DNA from: the human T2T-CHM13v2.0 reference genome, Homo sapiens
Strand: one strand, 5' to 3'
NCBI RefSeq assembly: GCF_009914755.1
Contig: NC_060926.1
DNA length: 64,000 nucleotides
The notes under the pieces were generated by a model. That model ran no database searches. It was not told the DNA's origin and worked only from the letters and a program-made list of their open reading frames with translations. Below are positions 32,903 to 49,100 of the stretch, in pieces. Made by a program: the position numbers and the translations under genes. Positions within the stretch are counted from its first letter, which is position 1, and each line of letters opens with the position of its first letter.

Positions 32903-33655
32903 ACACATTGTTCCATGTATCTCAGTTCATTGAGTCTGCTCTATATTACTGTACATATTGAAAGTAATACCCAAAACAATACATCAACTCATCTGTAGTA
33001 GTTAAGCTGTATGTACTTGGTTTCCACTTAAATAGAGTGGGTTCATCATTCCTGTTTCAGGGAGATGTAAAAATGGAAGAGAAGTGCTAAGTCACTAGTT
33101 TTTTGTAAGCAATCAGTTAGCCTGGGCAGTGTCAGGTGGGGAAGATATGACAGAATTTTAATAGAACACTTAGTTGTCAGAAAGACCTTTTGTCATATAA
33201 AATATGAGCAGTCAATGAAGTAGAAAGGGAGGCTTTAGATACCAAGATAAATTAATTCAGTAATGTGAAAGGTAACATGTTACTTATCCTTAAATAGAAT
33301 TAAATTTCACATTCTGAATGTGAATGTATACCACGTGTATGCTTATACATGTAATCAGCAGCATTTCTTGGATCTAAGTAAATAATAATTTTATTACATA
33401 AAGCTTTACAAAACACATATATATTATAAAATCTTAACTTGCCTAAAACACTCATGGAGGAATTTGAAGGTAAAGGGATAAAAAAAATTATTAAAATTCA
33501 GAGCTTTTTAAGCATATATATCTTCATTAACTCACTGTCCTAAATTAATCCAATTAAATTTGGCAATGAAGTTTAAACTATTCTGAAAACTACTTTTCTA
33601 GCTTCATACCTGGTTATTTTAATCCAGGCCAGTTAACTTAAAAAATCAGAAAACA

Positions 33656-33986
<331 letters not shown>

Positions 33987-34214
33987 TTATGTTAAATGTT
34001 TGAGGTCACATGATATGAGAAACTCTGAGGGAATAGGGTGAAAAAGCAAACCACAACCACACACGTATGCGTGTGCATGGACACCCACACACACAGAAGA
34101 AAATAAAATAAAATAGCATCCTATATATAAGGAGATTATAGAATGTTGGAATTAAAAATCATTTTCCTTGGTTCATTTGATCAAGGATGTGATGAGTTTC
34201 AAACGAAGACTGAC

Positions 34215-36030
<1,816 letters not shown>

Positions 36031-36198
36031 TTCTAGAACAAAAATAAAACAAGCATACAATAGGACTATATTTCTGTAGTTGACCTATTATGTTTATCTT
36101 GGGAGAATCTGTTTATTTAATATTATCCTTTTCTTCATTTGTGAGGTTTTGCTTTTTGACAGGTGAGGTAAGTAGGCATGATCAAATCTTAGCAGTCA

Positions 36199-36896
36199 TG
36201 TTGTATACACCTTTGACATAAGTAAATCTATCTTAGAAAAATACTTAATCTTGTATTTCAAAAGGCACCACGCCGACAGGGTCCAGATGTTCGCCTAATT
36301 AATAGAGACAACATTCAACTGGATAAGGGCATCACTTTTTACTAAAATCCTCATCAGAGGACTCAAGGGCTATAAAAAGAGCAGTTCTTCACCAGCCAGA
36401 CATCGTCACCTCAATAGACACTGTCTTGCTGTTACTTGCCGTCAGCACCTGGCATCTGCTGCAGAAATCTCTGCCCAAATCAAGGACTCTTCCTTGCACG
36501 ATGTTTGCAACCATCTAGATCAGCCCGAGACACTCTGCCTGTGTGCCTCACTCTCCTTGGACTGATTCATTCATCTCTTTTTTTCCTTTTTTCTTTTGAT
36601 GTCATATGTTGCTTTGTTTTATGGGAAAAATTTAATCAATAATATTTAGATACTGATTAAGTATACTACTATCTATGGCTTGCAGGATTGACTGACTTGG
36701 GTACTAGCTTGAGCCTGTGTTCCCATGGCTCTGATTACCAACTGAGTAGTTAAGTACTAAGGAGAATTTCCTCCCTCTGTACTCCATGAGGCTGGTGGCT
36801 CTTATGATTGAATAAGCATCAATAAAAGTTTGACCTCATGAGAAGACACAAACATCTGTGGACTTCGTTATGTCTGACCTTACACTGCTAACAACA
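36199..36896 (+). mobile_element. Solo LTR (ERV1-type by TSD length), family not recognised
   Basis: Termini TGTTGT and ACAACA form a perfect 6-bp inverted pair. 4-bp TSD GTCA at 36195-36198 and 36897-36900. TATAAAA at 36371 and AATAAA at 36821. Confidence 0.75.
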
Positions 36897-37244
36897 GTCA
36901 TATTTTCCAACAGAAAACTTTTGCCAGATTTGTTCAAGAAGTGATGTATGTATATGAAAACATCCAATTGTTGTTATTCTGGGTATTTGGAGTTTATCTA
37001 TGTTTAACTGTCTAGGTTTACTATTATGTTTTTGTGTTTTATGTATAATCTGGCTTTTCCAAACAGATATTATGTGCTTCTCTTTTGGTATCTGTTATAG
37101 AAAACAACAACAATAAGAAAACTGTCTTTGGTGAGCCATAATGGCACGTTGATTATTCAAACTCTTCTATTAATTATTAATATATTAATATAAGAATGTT
37201 TTTAACATCAGCTAATAAACATGAGCATCTACCTTTACATTTAA

Positions 37245-37600
37245 CACTTCCTAATGTCAAAGGCATTTCTATGGAACACTTCTGAAAAATGTCTATGGGA
37301 ATTTTTTCTTAGAAAGTTTAATGAAATGAAGTAATTCCAGAAGATACTGCATAACATATCCCATGACATCAGAGGAAAGTAAAAGAGTTTAAGGTTAGTC
37401 TTTATTTCCCTAACAACATCTATGTGCTGTTACCTTGGGCTGCATCCTGTGAGCATATCATTTGCCTTTCAAAATAGACAGATTAACAATATACGTTAAA
37501 GGCTCTGAGAAGTACTGTATTAAAGAAACATAAACACCTATTTCAATCCAGAATTATTTGACATTTTGTGTAAAACTTAACATGTAAATTATTTTTCTAA
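37245..37600. mobile_element. Ancient hAT-Charlie (Charlie4-like) fragment split by the duplicated 114-bp segment
   Basis: ATGGAACACT..ACTGCATAACATATCCC on the left and AGATTAACAAT..TTAAAGGCTCTGAGAAGTACTG..TAAAGAAAC on the right. A related fragment lies near 32495-32765. Confidence 0.5.
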
Positions 37601-38544
37601 ATAATCTATTTTAAGTAAAGTTGACTATAGAGGTAATAATGGTGGTAACTGGCAAAATTTTGTGATTTCTTTTAAAATGTTTTATTCACTTCTCATAAGA
37701 TTTCTTCCTAAAGAGTAACAAAATTTATGATCATTGTCTGTCATCATCCCCAAAGTCTTTGAAAAATATCAAGACAGGATAGTAAATAAATTGGCCCTAC
37801 TACTAGAACTTCAATGAAGTTTTAAATTTTCTGTGGGATAATCCAGAAATACTGAAATGAGAGAGTTAGCTGCTCTTGTGATTCCAGGGCATGCAGTATT
37901 CCAGCTACTTGAAGAGGATGATGTAGGAAAACAGAGAAGTTTGGTAGAAGATTTGATATAAACTAAGATTCTCACTGCACCCCCATCTGAGAAACAGGGC
38001 ATACACAAACATAACAGTAACTCACCATGAAACGTTTTTTCAATCATAGGGCACATATCCCTCAGTGTGTCTCTTAGAGTGTTCCTGACTATGGAGCCAG
38101 GACAAGGGATTAAAGAATGTGCATAGTTAAGAGAATGTCACCCCAATGTAATTCATTCAACTTTAACTTGAATGTATCGGTGGAAACTACTATGTTGACA
38201 GATCAGGAACTATGTAGCTGCAATGCAACTTATTCAGTCAATGTTTTCCTATGCTCCTGCATAACCCAAGAGAGAGGTATATGCTAGGAGGTGCTTTTCC
38301 TCCTCATTATATTCCTGTAACTACCGTTATCATTTGCATATCTTTGAAAGCAAGACTATTTGTTTCCATAAAATTGTGTTAGAAAAGAGTCTATATATAA
38401 TTGGGAAAATTATGCATGTCAACAGTTTTTCTGTAATTCTGTTGCTCAAAGAGCAGCGATGTGTGATTAGATTTTTGTAGAGCAGAAAATCCTACATCTC
38501 ACAGACGTCTCTGTATACGTTGAAAACTTCTAGAACGAGCTAAT

Positions 38545-39750
38545 CTACTTTACTGAACATTTGAAGTATAGCATACATATATAAAAGGGCATAAATGAGC
38601 GTAGAGTTTGATGAAGTTTTACTCAATTGAAGAAATTTATAATCAGCAAACAAACCAAGTATTAGATAATTTCAACACCCTAAAAATCTCCCTTAATCCC
38701 TTCTTTCAACTACTATCAATAAAAGGTAACCACTAAGCTGACTTCTAACACCTTAGGTTAATGTTAACTATTTTTGAAACTTATATAAGTTTAACTTTAC
38801 TTATATAGGTTGTTTTTGCTCAGTAATATATTTCTTAAAGTTATCTATATTACTGTGTGCAATTGTACTTTATTCATTCTCATTGTTGTGTGATATTCTA
38901 TTGTTTGAATTAACCACAATTTATCTTTGTATTTTTTCTATTGATGAGGACTTGAATATTCTTCAAATTAGGTCCATTGCAAGTAACGCTGTTATAAGCA
39001 TAATTATACATTAATTTCCATCAATATATCCAAGCACTTCTTCTGGGTATGCTCCTTTGAGTAAAATTGCCAGGTTACAGAATATTCTGTATTAGCGGGC
39101 ACTGACAATTGTTCAATGTATAACATCTACCATCCCACCAGGATTGACCTTTATCCTCACCAATTTTAGTATTTTATCTTTTTAAAATATTAGCCAGACT
39201 ATTAGGTATATGGCAATATGTTACTTTGTTTTTAAGTTTGTGTCCTAACTGGCTCATAAATTTAAAGTTAATTTTTAATTGTAACTAAAAAATTAAAGAA
39301 AATTTAAAATTAAATTTAGTCAAGGACACAAATGGATCACTGTCTTTATATTCACTATAAATTGTTCTGTGAAGCATCTATGATATTTATCATAATTTTA
39401 TATTAGATAGTTCTGTTTGCATATTGATATATAGACATTATATATTTTGGATATGAATGTATGTGTGAGTGTGCAAGCATATATACACAAACATGCATAT
39501 ATATGGGTGTTTATGTGTATACATACATATATTAATAAATGCACCCAATAATCTGTGGATTGCCTTTTGATTATCTCAACAGTGTTTTGATAATAAGATT
39601 TAATTATAACACAGCTTAATTTATCATTTTTCTTTATGGTTACCATTTTTTTTCTGTCTAGGTAATTTTTGCCCACTCCACAGCAATAGGATGTTCTCTT
39701 ATGTTTTCTTTTAGAAAATTTTTTTTATACTTTATATTTAGAGGTGTAAT
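38545..39750 (-). mobile_element. Ancient L1ME 3' region
   Basis: AAAGGTAACCACTA..CTGACTTCTAACACC, TTCATTCTCATTGTTGTGTGATATTCTATTG and TTGCCTTTT..TCTCAACAGTGTTTTGA motifs. Confidence 0.6.
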
Positions 39751-40619
39751 ATACATGTCAAAAATTAGGCCCTTTTCAAAAATGCTGTACTATCTGGTCT
39801 AAGCATTATGTTTCCTTTAAGACCTATGAAAAAGCATTATCCAGATAATTAACAAAAAGATCAATAGCTGTTTTTATGGACATTATACTTGTACCTACTA
39901 CTCTCAACAATTCAACTAATTGGAATTTTTATACTCATTTTCCAAAAGGGGAAACTTAAATACACAGAGCATCTAAGTGACTTGTACAATGCTAAGATAG
40001 TGAGTGGCAAAAGTGCAACCAAGATTCTTAATACCCATATGAAAACTGAAAAAGCATAATTGGCTGAACTATTGCTTTAATATTTTAGTGATGCTGCTAT
40101 TTTGCATGTACAGAGGCACATCTGGTAAAAATTCACAATACATCTCTTGAAATCAAAATTATTCCATTGAGATTAGTTTATGTGTGAGACTATAAATACT
40201 CAAACGTTTAAACTATAAAATATACATATTTTCTATTTTCTATAGGTTAATTATGCTTGCAAATGAAAACCCTCACTATGAGCTGTCAGTGTACATAAAT
40301 AAAAATATATTCAATCTCAGAATTATTCTAATATATTATGACTGCTGAAATCATGGAAATAAATTATTATAGATATAAACGGCAGCAAAGTTCCCACATC
40401 CCTATTTTGAAAGTTTAATATATATATGTGCATTAATATTATACATTACAATATTAGATCAGTTTTGTCTAATAATTTCAATATGAAATATTGTAATGGT
40501 TTCTTGATTTTTACATATGAAAAAGCTCAGGTTTACAAGAGTGATATGGCACACCTACATTCAGTAATTGCAAGTATTAAATCATCTCACTAATACAACA
40601 ATTCTGTTTCCCAAGTTGA

Positions 40620-41380
40620 TTAGGTAAAAACCCAGTGTCACCCTTCACTTGTCTGTTTCACTTACATGCCACGTTCAAGCCATTAGTAAATCTTCTTGGC
40701 TACACATTCAAAATACAACAAAAATCAGGCTAGTTCTTAAAACCCACAGGAATATGTTCTTCATGCCATGGACTTCTTTCACCTAGAATACACCAATAGT
40801 GTCCTAAATGAATTGCACGTTTCTAAACTCACACAAGTCCCCAGGTCAGGCTGTTGGGTGTTCAGAGTTGAAAAACACTGATGATAAACAAACAAATACC
40901 ACTTCTACACAGAATCCTTTAGTAATTTTCTATCTCCTTCAGAGTAAAAGCTAGGGTTCTTCACCATCTGTATTCTAATTTCTTCCTCATCTCTCTCCCA
41001 TTCATTCAGGTCTAGCCTAAGCACACTTGTCCTCAATGCTGCTCCTGCACGTAGCCTGCTCCTTTCATAAATCTGCATAACACACTGTCTCATTTCATTC
41101 AAATATTTTTCAAATGTCATCTTAACAGATTTCTTTCACAACTCTTTTAATTAAATGGCAACATTTAGTCACCAGGAAAATTATTCCCTATTATTTGGCT
41201 TTAGGGTGCTTATCATCAACTGATATCTCTTATATCATTTGCTCATTGCTTTATTTTACTCCTAGAAATGTATGTTATGTGGGAACAGAAACTTTGTTTC
41301 ATTAATGGCTGCATCAACAATATCTAGAAGAGTGTCTACCATACAGCAAATGCTCAATAAGTATGGGTTGAATAAATAAA
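40620..41380 (+). mobile_element. L2 3' remnant
   Basis: Ends with TATCTAGAAGAGTGTCTACCATACAGCAAATGCTCAATAAGTATGGGTTGAATAAATAAATG, typical of an L2 terminus. Confidence 0.65.
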
Positions 41381-43121
41381 TGCTAGAAAGTAAACTTAAC
41401 ATAACCAATATTAAGAACACACTATAATTCAGACATGGTAAGAAGGTATAGCCCTTAATTTCAAATAGCTGGGGCAATTTAAAAAAACTAGTTATAACAA
41501 AGTATTATATTATCCATTGGGTGAAAAGAAGCAAAAGTATCATGTTCTAGGCATGAAGAGGAATTATCATTGACAGATCAGAAAGTCTAAATGTTACAGA
41601 TACTGGGCTTCAACCAAGATTTTTGATTTGTATTATAGACTCTTTGAAATATATAAATTGTATAAGGGAGTGATTTTTTAATGTTATTATAATATGCATA
41701 TGTTTTGATCCAGCCTGAAATCTCTGTCTTTAAATAATTTAGCCTATTTACATAAAATTTAATTGTTAACATATTAGAGTTCTGTATTTATAATCTTTGA
41801 GAATAAAGTTGTAATTTCATTTTTATTTCTGGATTCCATCATTTATGCTGAGAAGGCATTTGCCAACCTTATAATTATTTCTTTGAAGATGTAATATATC
41901 TTCGTTCTCTGGTTGTTTTTTGATAATTTTTATCATTTTATTATAGCAGTACTTGATATGCCTAGGTGTTATTTCTTTGTATTTATGCTAACAAAATTAT
42001 TTAATATGTGATTAATTTTTTTCAGTTTTGTAAGAAGTGTCAACCTTTTTCTCTTAACGTATCACTTGTATCCCATTCATTCTTTATGGGAATCCAATTA
42101 TGCATATGTTAGATATTTGCATGATAACCCATAGATTTCTCATTTTCTTAATTTTTTATATTTATGTTTTAATTTACATATCTGTTTACTCATCTTACAC
42201 TGCATTAATTTTTCTTCAGTTCTAGAATTTCAGTATGATTCTTTTTATAGTGTCCATTTTTTTGAAAATTCCTACATGTCCAATTATTGCAAGCATATTT
42301 TTCTATTGACCCTTGAGCCAAGTTATACAACATGGTTCAAAAGCTTTGCCTTTAATTTACAACATCTGGGTCATCTCAGAATTGTTCTTCTTATGTGGCT
42401 CTTCCCTGAGTATATTTGATATTTTTCTTCATTTACTCTTTTATTTGGTAATGTCTGAGTTGTATGTTAAATATCTTGAATGATACTTTTCCTCCAAAGA
42501 ATATTTTTTTTATTGTTATCTTTCATAGTCATTTGCCTTGGCTGGGCTCAATTCAAATTCTACCTCCCTTGTCATGCAAGGAAATTTCAGCCCTTAACTG
42601 GGCTGCTTAGAGTTTATTCTCCACACACATAGTTCAGGGATAAGCCAGCGATTTATAACCAATTTAAATGAAGAAATTGGAGTTAAGTGGGAGATTTTGG
42701 CACAGTTTCTATACAGAATTTATACCTCAAATTTGCTGCTTATCTGTCCTGTCTTGTATTTCCATCTTAATTCCTAGCTGCTATATTCATCCCAAATTCT
42801 GCTCTGTTTGTTCAAGCCAGTGAGTGTGATTGTGTTTTTTCAGAATTTGGCTGCCCCACATAGTGCTAATGGATGCCAGTTTTCAGGCAAGGATTTAAAA
42901 ATATAAATGTACACAGTCCCTTCTTTTTTTTTTTTTTTCCAAATGCTGCCTGACATTTCCAATCTAGCTTTTTTTGGCCATTCAATAATTGCCTTCAGGT
43001 ACTTGGTTTTACATTTTACATTTTATCTAGTTTTAAGAGGTTATCTGTTAGGGAGTTTGGTCTGATAGAAATTACTCCACCATTGCATGTAGCCTCCAAT
43101 TTTGTCTTCAGCTGCATTTAT

Positions 43122-46114
43122 TCCATTTGGTAGTTGGTTTTACTTATTGATAAAAGTCGTTCAATTAAGAACAAGTTATTGAATGGAGATTTATATTTTA
43201 ACCAAATCTTTTCAAATGTTCTTATAGGACCTGCTTGCTTTGACCATCTTATTTTCACACAATTATTTTGGTTTTTTGAATACACTTCACCTGGGGCAAT
43301 TATTATGAGCATCATATTTTCTTTCTTTGTTACATAATTCACTGAATTTTAGTTTAAGATTTGAATTTACATTAATTTTTCCTCTTCCACCATCTGCTTT
43401 GCCTGACTTTGCTATTCCCCCTACTAAGTTCTTGCTTTCTTTTAATTATGTTTAACAGTTTTGATATAGGGAAATTTAAACTCTATTGCAGATTTTAATA
43501 TAATACTTTTACAATTAAGAGGGATTTAAAGTGTAGATTTATGAATGTCTACACTCATTCACATTTCTGTTCATTTGACAAAAATTAAATGAAACTTCTC
43601 ATGTGCCAGACAACCTATTAGTTATTGTGGACACAGTGATAAATAAGAACCTAATCCTGATGCTCATGAAGATCATACACATTTTAATTGGTGCAGTGCA
43701 ACACACACAACTAAACCATAATAATATAATCAATATACTAGCTAGAACAGATGAATAAAATTTCCTACAGCCCCATTCGAATTTCATTTTATAGAAAATA
43801 ATTTGTTGTGCTTGTCTTTAACATTGTAGAGTCAAACATGAAGGCTTTAAGAGAGCCTCAGTATTTCCTATGGAAGCTCTCTTTTCCCTTTTAAAAGAAT
43901 CCTTGAGGATGACTCTCATTTATTACATTTTTGCAAGGATTTTGCACATCATATAAGGTTTATTCCCATTGTCAGCCTTCAACCCAATTCCGTTTTTATA
44001 CTCAAAAATTCACCTTGTGCTGTTCTCACATAATGCCGAAATGATTGAAATGTTGGCAGTTCATTTATTACGATTTCAATGCTTTGAAAGAAAGGATTTG
44101 TAAAACGTGTTAGAAGCTCTAGAATGTTAACACTCAAATCTCACTCTGTTTCTAACTAAGCTAATATGTGTATGCATTTCTACAAGGTCAATGGAAGGTA
44201 TATCTACTCACTGAGAAATTGAAAGTCTTCTCAGAGACACCGAAAACACAGCAAGAATACCTCAAGGCCACTATTTCAAATAGAAACAAGTGTCAGCTAG
44301 TTCCAAGGAATTCATTCATCATTTCTTTCAGCAAAGAAATCAGGTCTTCCTCTACAGGAACAAACTTTGTCTTCTCTGAGTAGGTAGACTGGGCCCCTCT
44401 GTGGGCAGCTCATTCCCAATAGTGAAAGTGAAGAGAAAAGTCCTCAAATACACATGCTAAGTTACTTTCTAAATATCAGTCCAGCAAGTGAATGAGGAGA
44501 GAGGACATGGTGTTAATAAAATAAGATATACTTCCACATTGAAGGCAATATCAGGGTTGAAATAAACCCCTTCCCAAGTAGATATATGTTTTGGAATCAT
44601 CATTCAAATTTAATTGAAATGGCAACATGGTAAAGATATGAGTGAATAGAAGAAAGAATAAAGAATGGCCAATGGCAGGGCTCTGAAGAACACTGACATT
44701 TAGAATACTGGTGGAAGCAGATGATTTGGCCAAGGGGATTGTGGACTGCCAGACGCTTAGGATGGACCCCAAAGGAAATAAATATAGAGAGGAGAAAAGT
44801 TTAGGAAGAAGGAGTAAGTAGTCAAGAGCGAACATGGATTTTGGTCAAAGGCATGAAAGTACGTACTGAAAACCAGAAGTGATTAGCTGATTACAACTTT
44901 CCTTCGAACTGTACTATAATGGTAAATGGCAAATGAGAGGAAACAGACTGTAGAAAAAAATTACTTGTTTTACCTAAGTAAAGATGCTATTTTTTTAAGA
45001 CAGGAAAACTTTGAGATATTTATATTCAGTAAGGAAAGACTAAATATGGAGAAAGTGAATCTATGGAAGAACAAAGAGATTGACCATGTCCATTGAGCAA
45101 ACAGGAGGATATCAGATTCAGAATAAGTAAAATATAAAACCATGAGTAAGTGAAAAATAGACAAATAGATCAAATAAACAATATAGCGACCCCAGAAATA
45201 GACCTAGATAAATATAGCTACTGATCTTTGACAAAGGAGAAAAGACAATGTAATGGAAAAAATACAGTCTTTTCAACAAATAATGCTGGAACAACTGGAC
45301 ATCCACATGCAAAAAAAAAAAAGATATAACCCTTACATCTTTCACAAAAAGTAATTCAAAATAAATAATAGATCCAACTGTAAATTGCATAACTACACAA
45401 CTTTTAGAAAATTACATAGTAGAAAACCTACATAACCTTGGGTTTGGCACTTAGTTTTAGATAGGACATCAAAGTCACAATTCATGAAAGAAAGAATTGA
45501 TATGCTGGATTTCATTAAAATTTAAAACTACTCTAGAATGAAAATGCCCAGAGAATGAGAAGACAAGCCACAGACTGAGAGAAAATATTTGCAAAGAACA
45601 TATTTGTTAAAAGACTATTACCCAAAATATACAAAGAACCATTAAAACACAACAATTAAAGAATGAACAATCCATTTAAAAAAAATGAGTTAAAGCTACG
45701 AACACATACTTCACCCAAGATGATATGCAGATAACAAAGAAACATACAAAAAGATGCTCCACATCACAGGCCATTAGGCAAATGCAAATTAATAACACAA
45801 TGAGATACCATTGCATACCTATTAGAATGGCCAAAATCCAGAACACTGGCAAAATCAAATGTTGGTGAAGATGCGATACAACAAGAACTCCATTTGGTAG
45901 TTGGTTTTAGTTACTGATAAAAGTCATTCAGTTAAGAACAAGTTATTGAATGGAGATATACATTTTAACCAAATCTTTTCACTTTGTAAATGTTCTTATA
46001 GGACCTGCTTGCTTTGACCATCTTATTTTCACACAATTATTTTGGTTTTTTGAATACACTTCACCTGGGGCAATTATTATGAGTATCATATTTTCTTTCT
46101 TTATTACATAATTC
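43122..46114 (+). repeat. Local direct duplication, 43122-43340 vs 45889-46114
   Basis: Manual alignment gives 8 substitutions and one 7-bp indel over 219 bp. Confidence 0.95.
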
Positions 46115-49100
46115 TCACTCACTGAAGAGAATCACAATGGTACAGCCACTTTAGAAGACTATTTCTTACGAAACTAAACATGGTTGTATCCTGTAATCTA
46201 GTAATGATACTCTTTGGTATTTATACAAAGTAATTATAAGCTATTTCTGTGGAAAAACCTGCACATGAATGTTTATAGCAGCTGTATTCATAAATGTCAA
46301 AACTTGGAAGGAATCATAATGTCCTTCAGAAAGTGAATGGATAAATAAACTTTGGTACATCAAGACAATGAAATATTATTTAACATTAAAAAGAAATGAG
46401 CTATCAAGTCATGAAAATACACAGAAGAAACGTCAGTGCATATTATTAAGAGAAAGAAGCTGACCTGAAAGGGCTACATACTATATGATTTCAAATATAT
46501 ATATTCTGGAAAAGGCAAAACTTTGGAGACAGTAAAAAGATCAGCGGTTGCCAGGGACTAGGAAATGGGAGGGATTTATGGGCAAAATACAAAGGACTTT
46601 TAGGACAGTGAAACTATTCTGAATGGTACCATAATGGTGGATACATGTCACTATGTAGTTTTTCAAATCCATAGAAAGTATAACAGCAAGAGTGAACTTT
46701 AATGTAAACTGTGGTTTTTGAGCGATGATGATGTATCAGTGTAGGTTGGTCAGTTGTAATAAATATATCACTCTAGTGGGGAATGTTGATAGAGGGGGAG
46801 GCTTTGTGTGCTGGGAGGGCAGGAAGTATATGGGAAATCTCTGTGTCTTCAGCTGAGTTTTACTGTGAACTGCAAACCGGTTTAAAGGTAAAGTCAATTT
46901 AAAAGAAATAAGCCCTTGACATGGATTGGGGATTGCTTGTTAAACGTATTCTGAGGCTTTGGTTAAAAGGAAATAAATGTGGATATAGATATGTTTCTAG
47001 GTGGTAGGATAGAAATTAAGAGTGTTTTTTGCAGAAAACCTCCTTTTTATAAATTAGGTAAAAAGAAAGTGAGGCAGCATTGAAAAAAAGTAGTAAATGT
47101 TAGGAACATCTTTATAGCAAATAAAAATGGAATAACTATTGTATAGACTATAGGTTCTTATTGGTACCTATCAGCTTTGCTATATCTTTTTTCTTCCTTG
47201 TACTTGTCAGCTGCATAGATTTAAGAAAAGCAGAGTAGTATTTTGATTTATACACAGCTGGAGAATTGCCAAGTAAGATCGTTAAAAGACAAAAAGGCAA
47301 GGGAATTAAAGATGGCGAGAAAGGAGCTACGTAACTCATCAGTTACAGGGAAAAGTAGAACAGAGAATGCCTAGTAAGATGCTTAATTTTATTAATAGTC
47401 ACAGGATGAAACAGAAGTCCTAATATATCACACTTTTATCATTTTTTTGTTTTCATTTTATGAGAAGGAAGAAACAATAAAAATATGGTGCCAGTGTAAA
47501 ATATATTTAAATATAATGTCTCATAAACCATTTGGTATTGCTGATATTAATTGATGAAATCAGAAGCCTCCTATTTTGATCGACTTTCCTATGGTATTTT
47601 GCAATAACAACCAGTAAATAGGTCAATCTTTCATTCAGCTTTATGTAATAGATATTTATTTCTGTTCTTGTCACACATCTAAATAAATTGAAATGGAGTA
47701 TTGGTTTTCTTAGTGCATGTATTACAGCAAATGGAAATGAGAATCTATTTTGAGCTCCTCTTCTGACTTGTAATTACTCAAATATTTAAATGAGGTAAAT
47801 TTAGGGAGTCCTGTGAAGAATATTTTTTTCTTTGAATATGCCTGTTAAGGTCATACAGAAATAAGCTTTAGGATTTTTTTATCCATATGCTCAAGAATAA
47901 TATCATGGAAGATAGACTTGCATATTATGAAATATAATGATAGAGCACTAAATAGTACTGGTAATAAATTCAAACTAAAGCCAGTGAGTTGTTTGATAAT
48001 ACTCTTCGGGGAACATATAAACAACAATACGATATTCCAACATGATGTGGTTAAGGTCTCAGAGCCCATTATAAAAAATTAAAATTTATATAAATCATAA
48101 AATATATCAACCCCTGATATGATTGCAGATAGTAGGTTTTTAAAATTCCTTTCTTTGTTCTGCTTCTTATAACTCTGTAACTACAGCTATGTGGGACATA
48201 TATTGTCTTCTCAACTTAACAATGGCTTGTCTTCACTTAATGGCAGCATTGGTTCCAAGTATTTGTTTCGTAGCTGAGTTACATATTCAAATAAAATGTA
48301 TAAAGCTTAAAGAGTTTCTAAAAACATTATTATATATTTTAGAATTTTGTTATATTTCAAAATGTACTTTTTGCTTAAGAATTACATAAAACTTAGACAT
48401 TTAAGTGTGGGCCAATCAAAAAATAAAGATAATTTGCATTTTTCACACATTTTAAAATATGCAGTCCTATAGTTTTGAAATATTTTACATTTATGTCAAC
48501 TTCATTCACTTGCAGATTAAATAAGTGTTTCCAAATGATAAGATTTTTTACCTACATTAATAAGCTTGTTCCAATTTAACAGATATTGCATTTTTTGACT
48601 TCTTGACTAATTTATTACAAAAGCTTTATAAGTTTTTTGGACATTATTATACTCACCAATTTATCCTAAATTGATTGTAGTCCTTCTTCATATTCATTCA
48701 AGGAGCTAGAAAGAATCAATCATAACTCCCTATATCCAGGACAAAAAACTGACCTATATATTATTTGCATTTATCAATAAGTGTTTATGAGGTCATGATT
48801 TATTTTACTGAAACATGTACTATATTCCCTATAAGTTTACACTCTCATAGAGGTTATATGACATGAACATAAATTACCATTATATAAGACATCTTGCAAT
48901 AATTGGTATAAAATCGGTACAAAGAGTCATGGAAGCAGCATTAAAAGTATTTAGAGCTAAATCCCAGAAGATGCCATGAAGGAAAGAGCATTTGGATGGG
49001 CTTCTGAAAGAAATGTAGATCAATCCATTCCATTTTCAATATCCATTAACAGTGAATTTTAAATTCAATAAGTTGTTATTTCTATTCGGACACCACTCAG

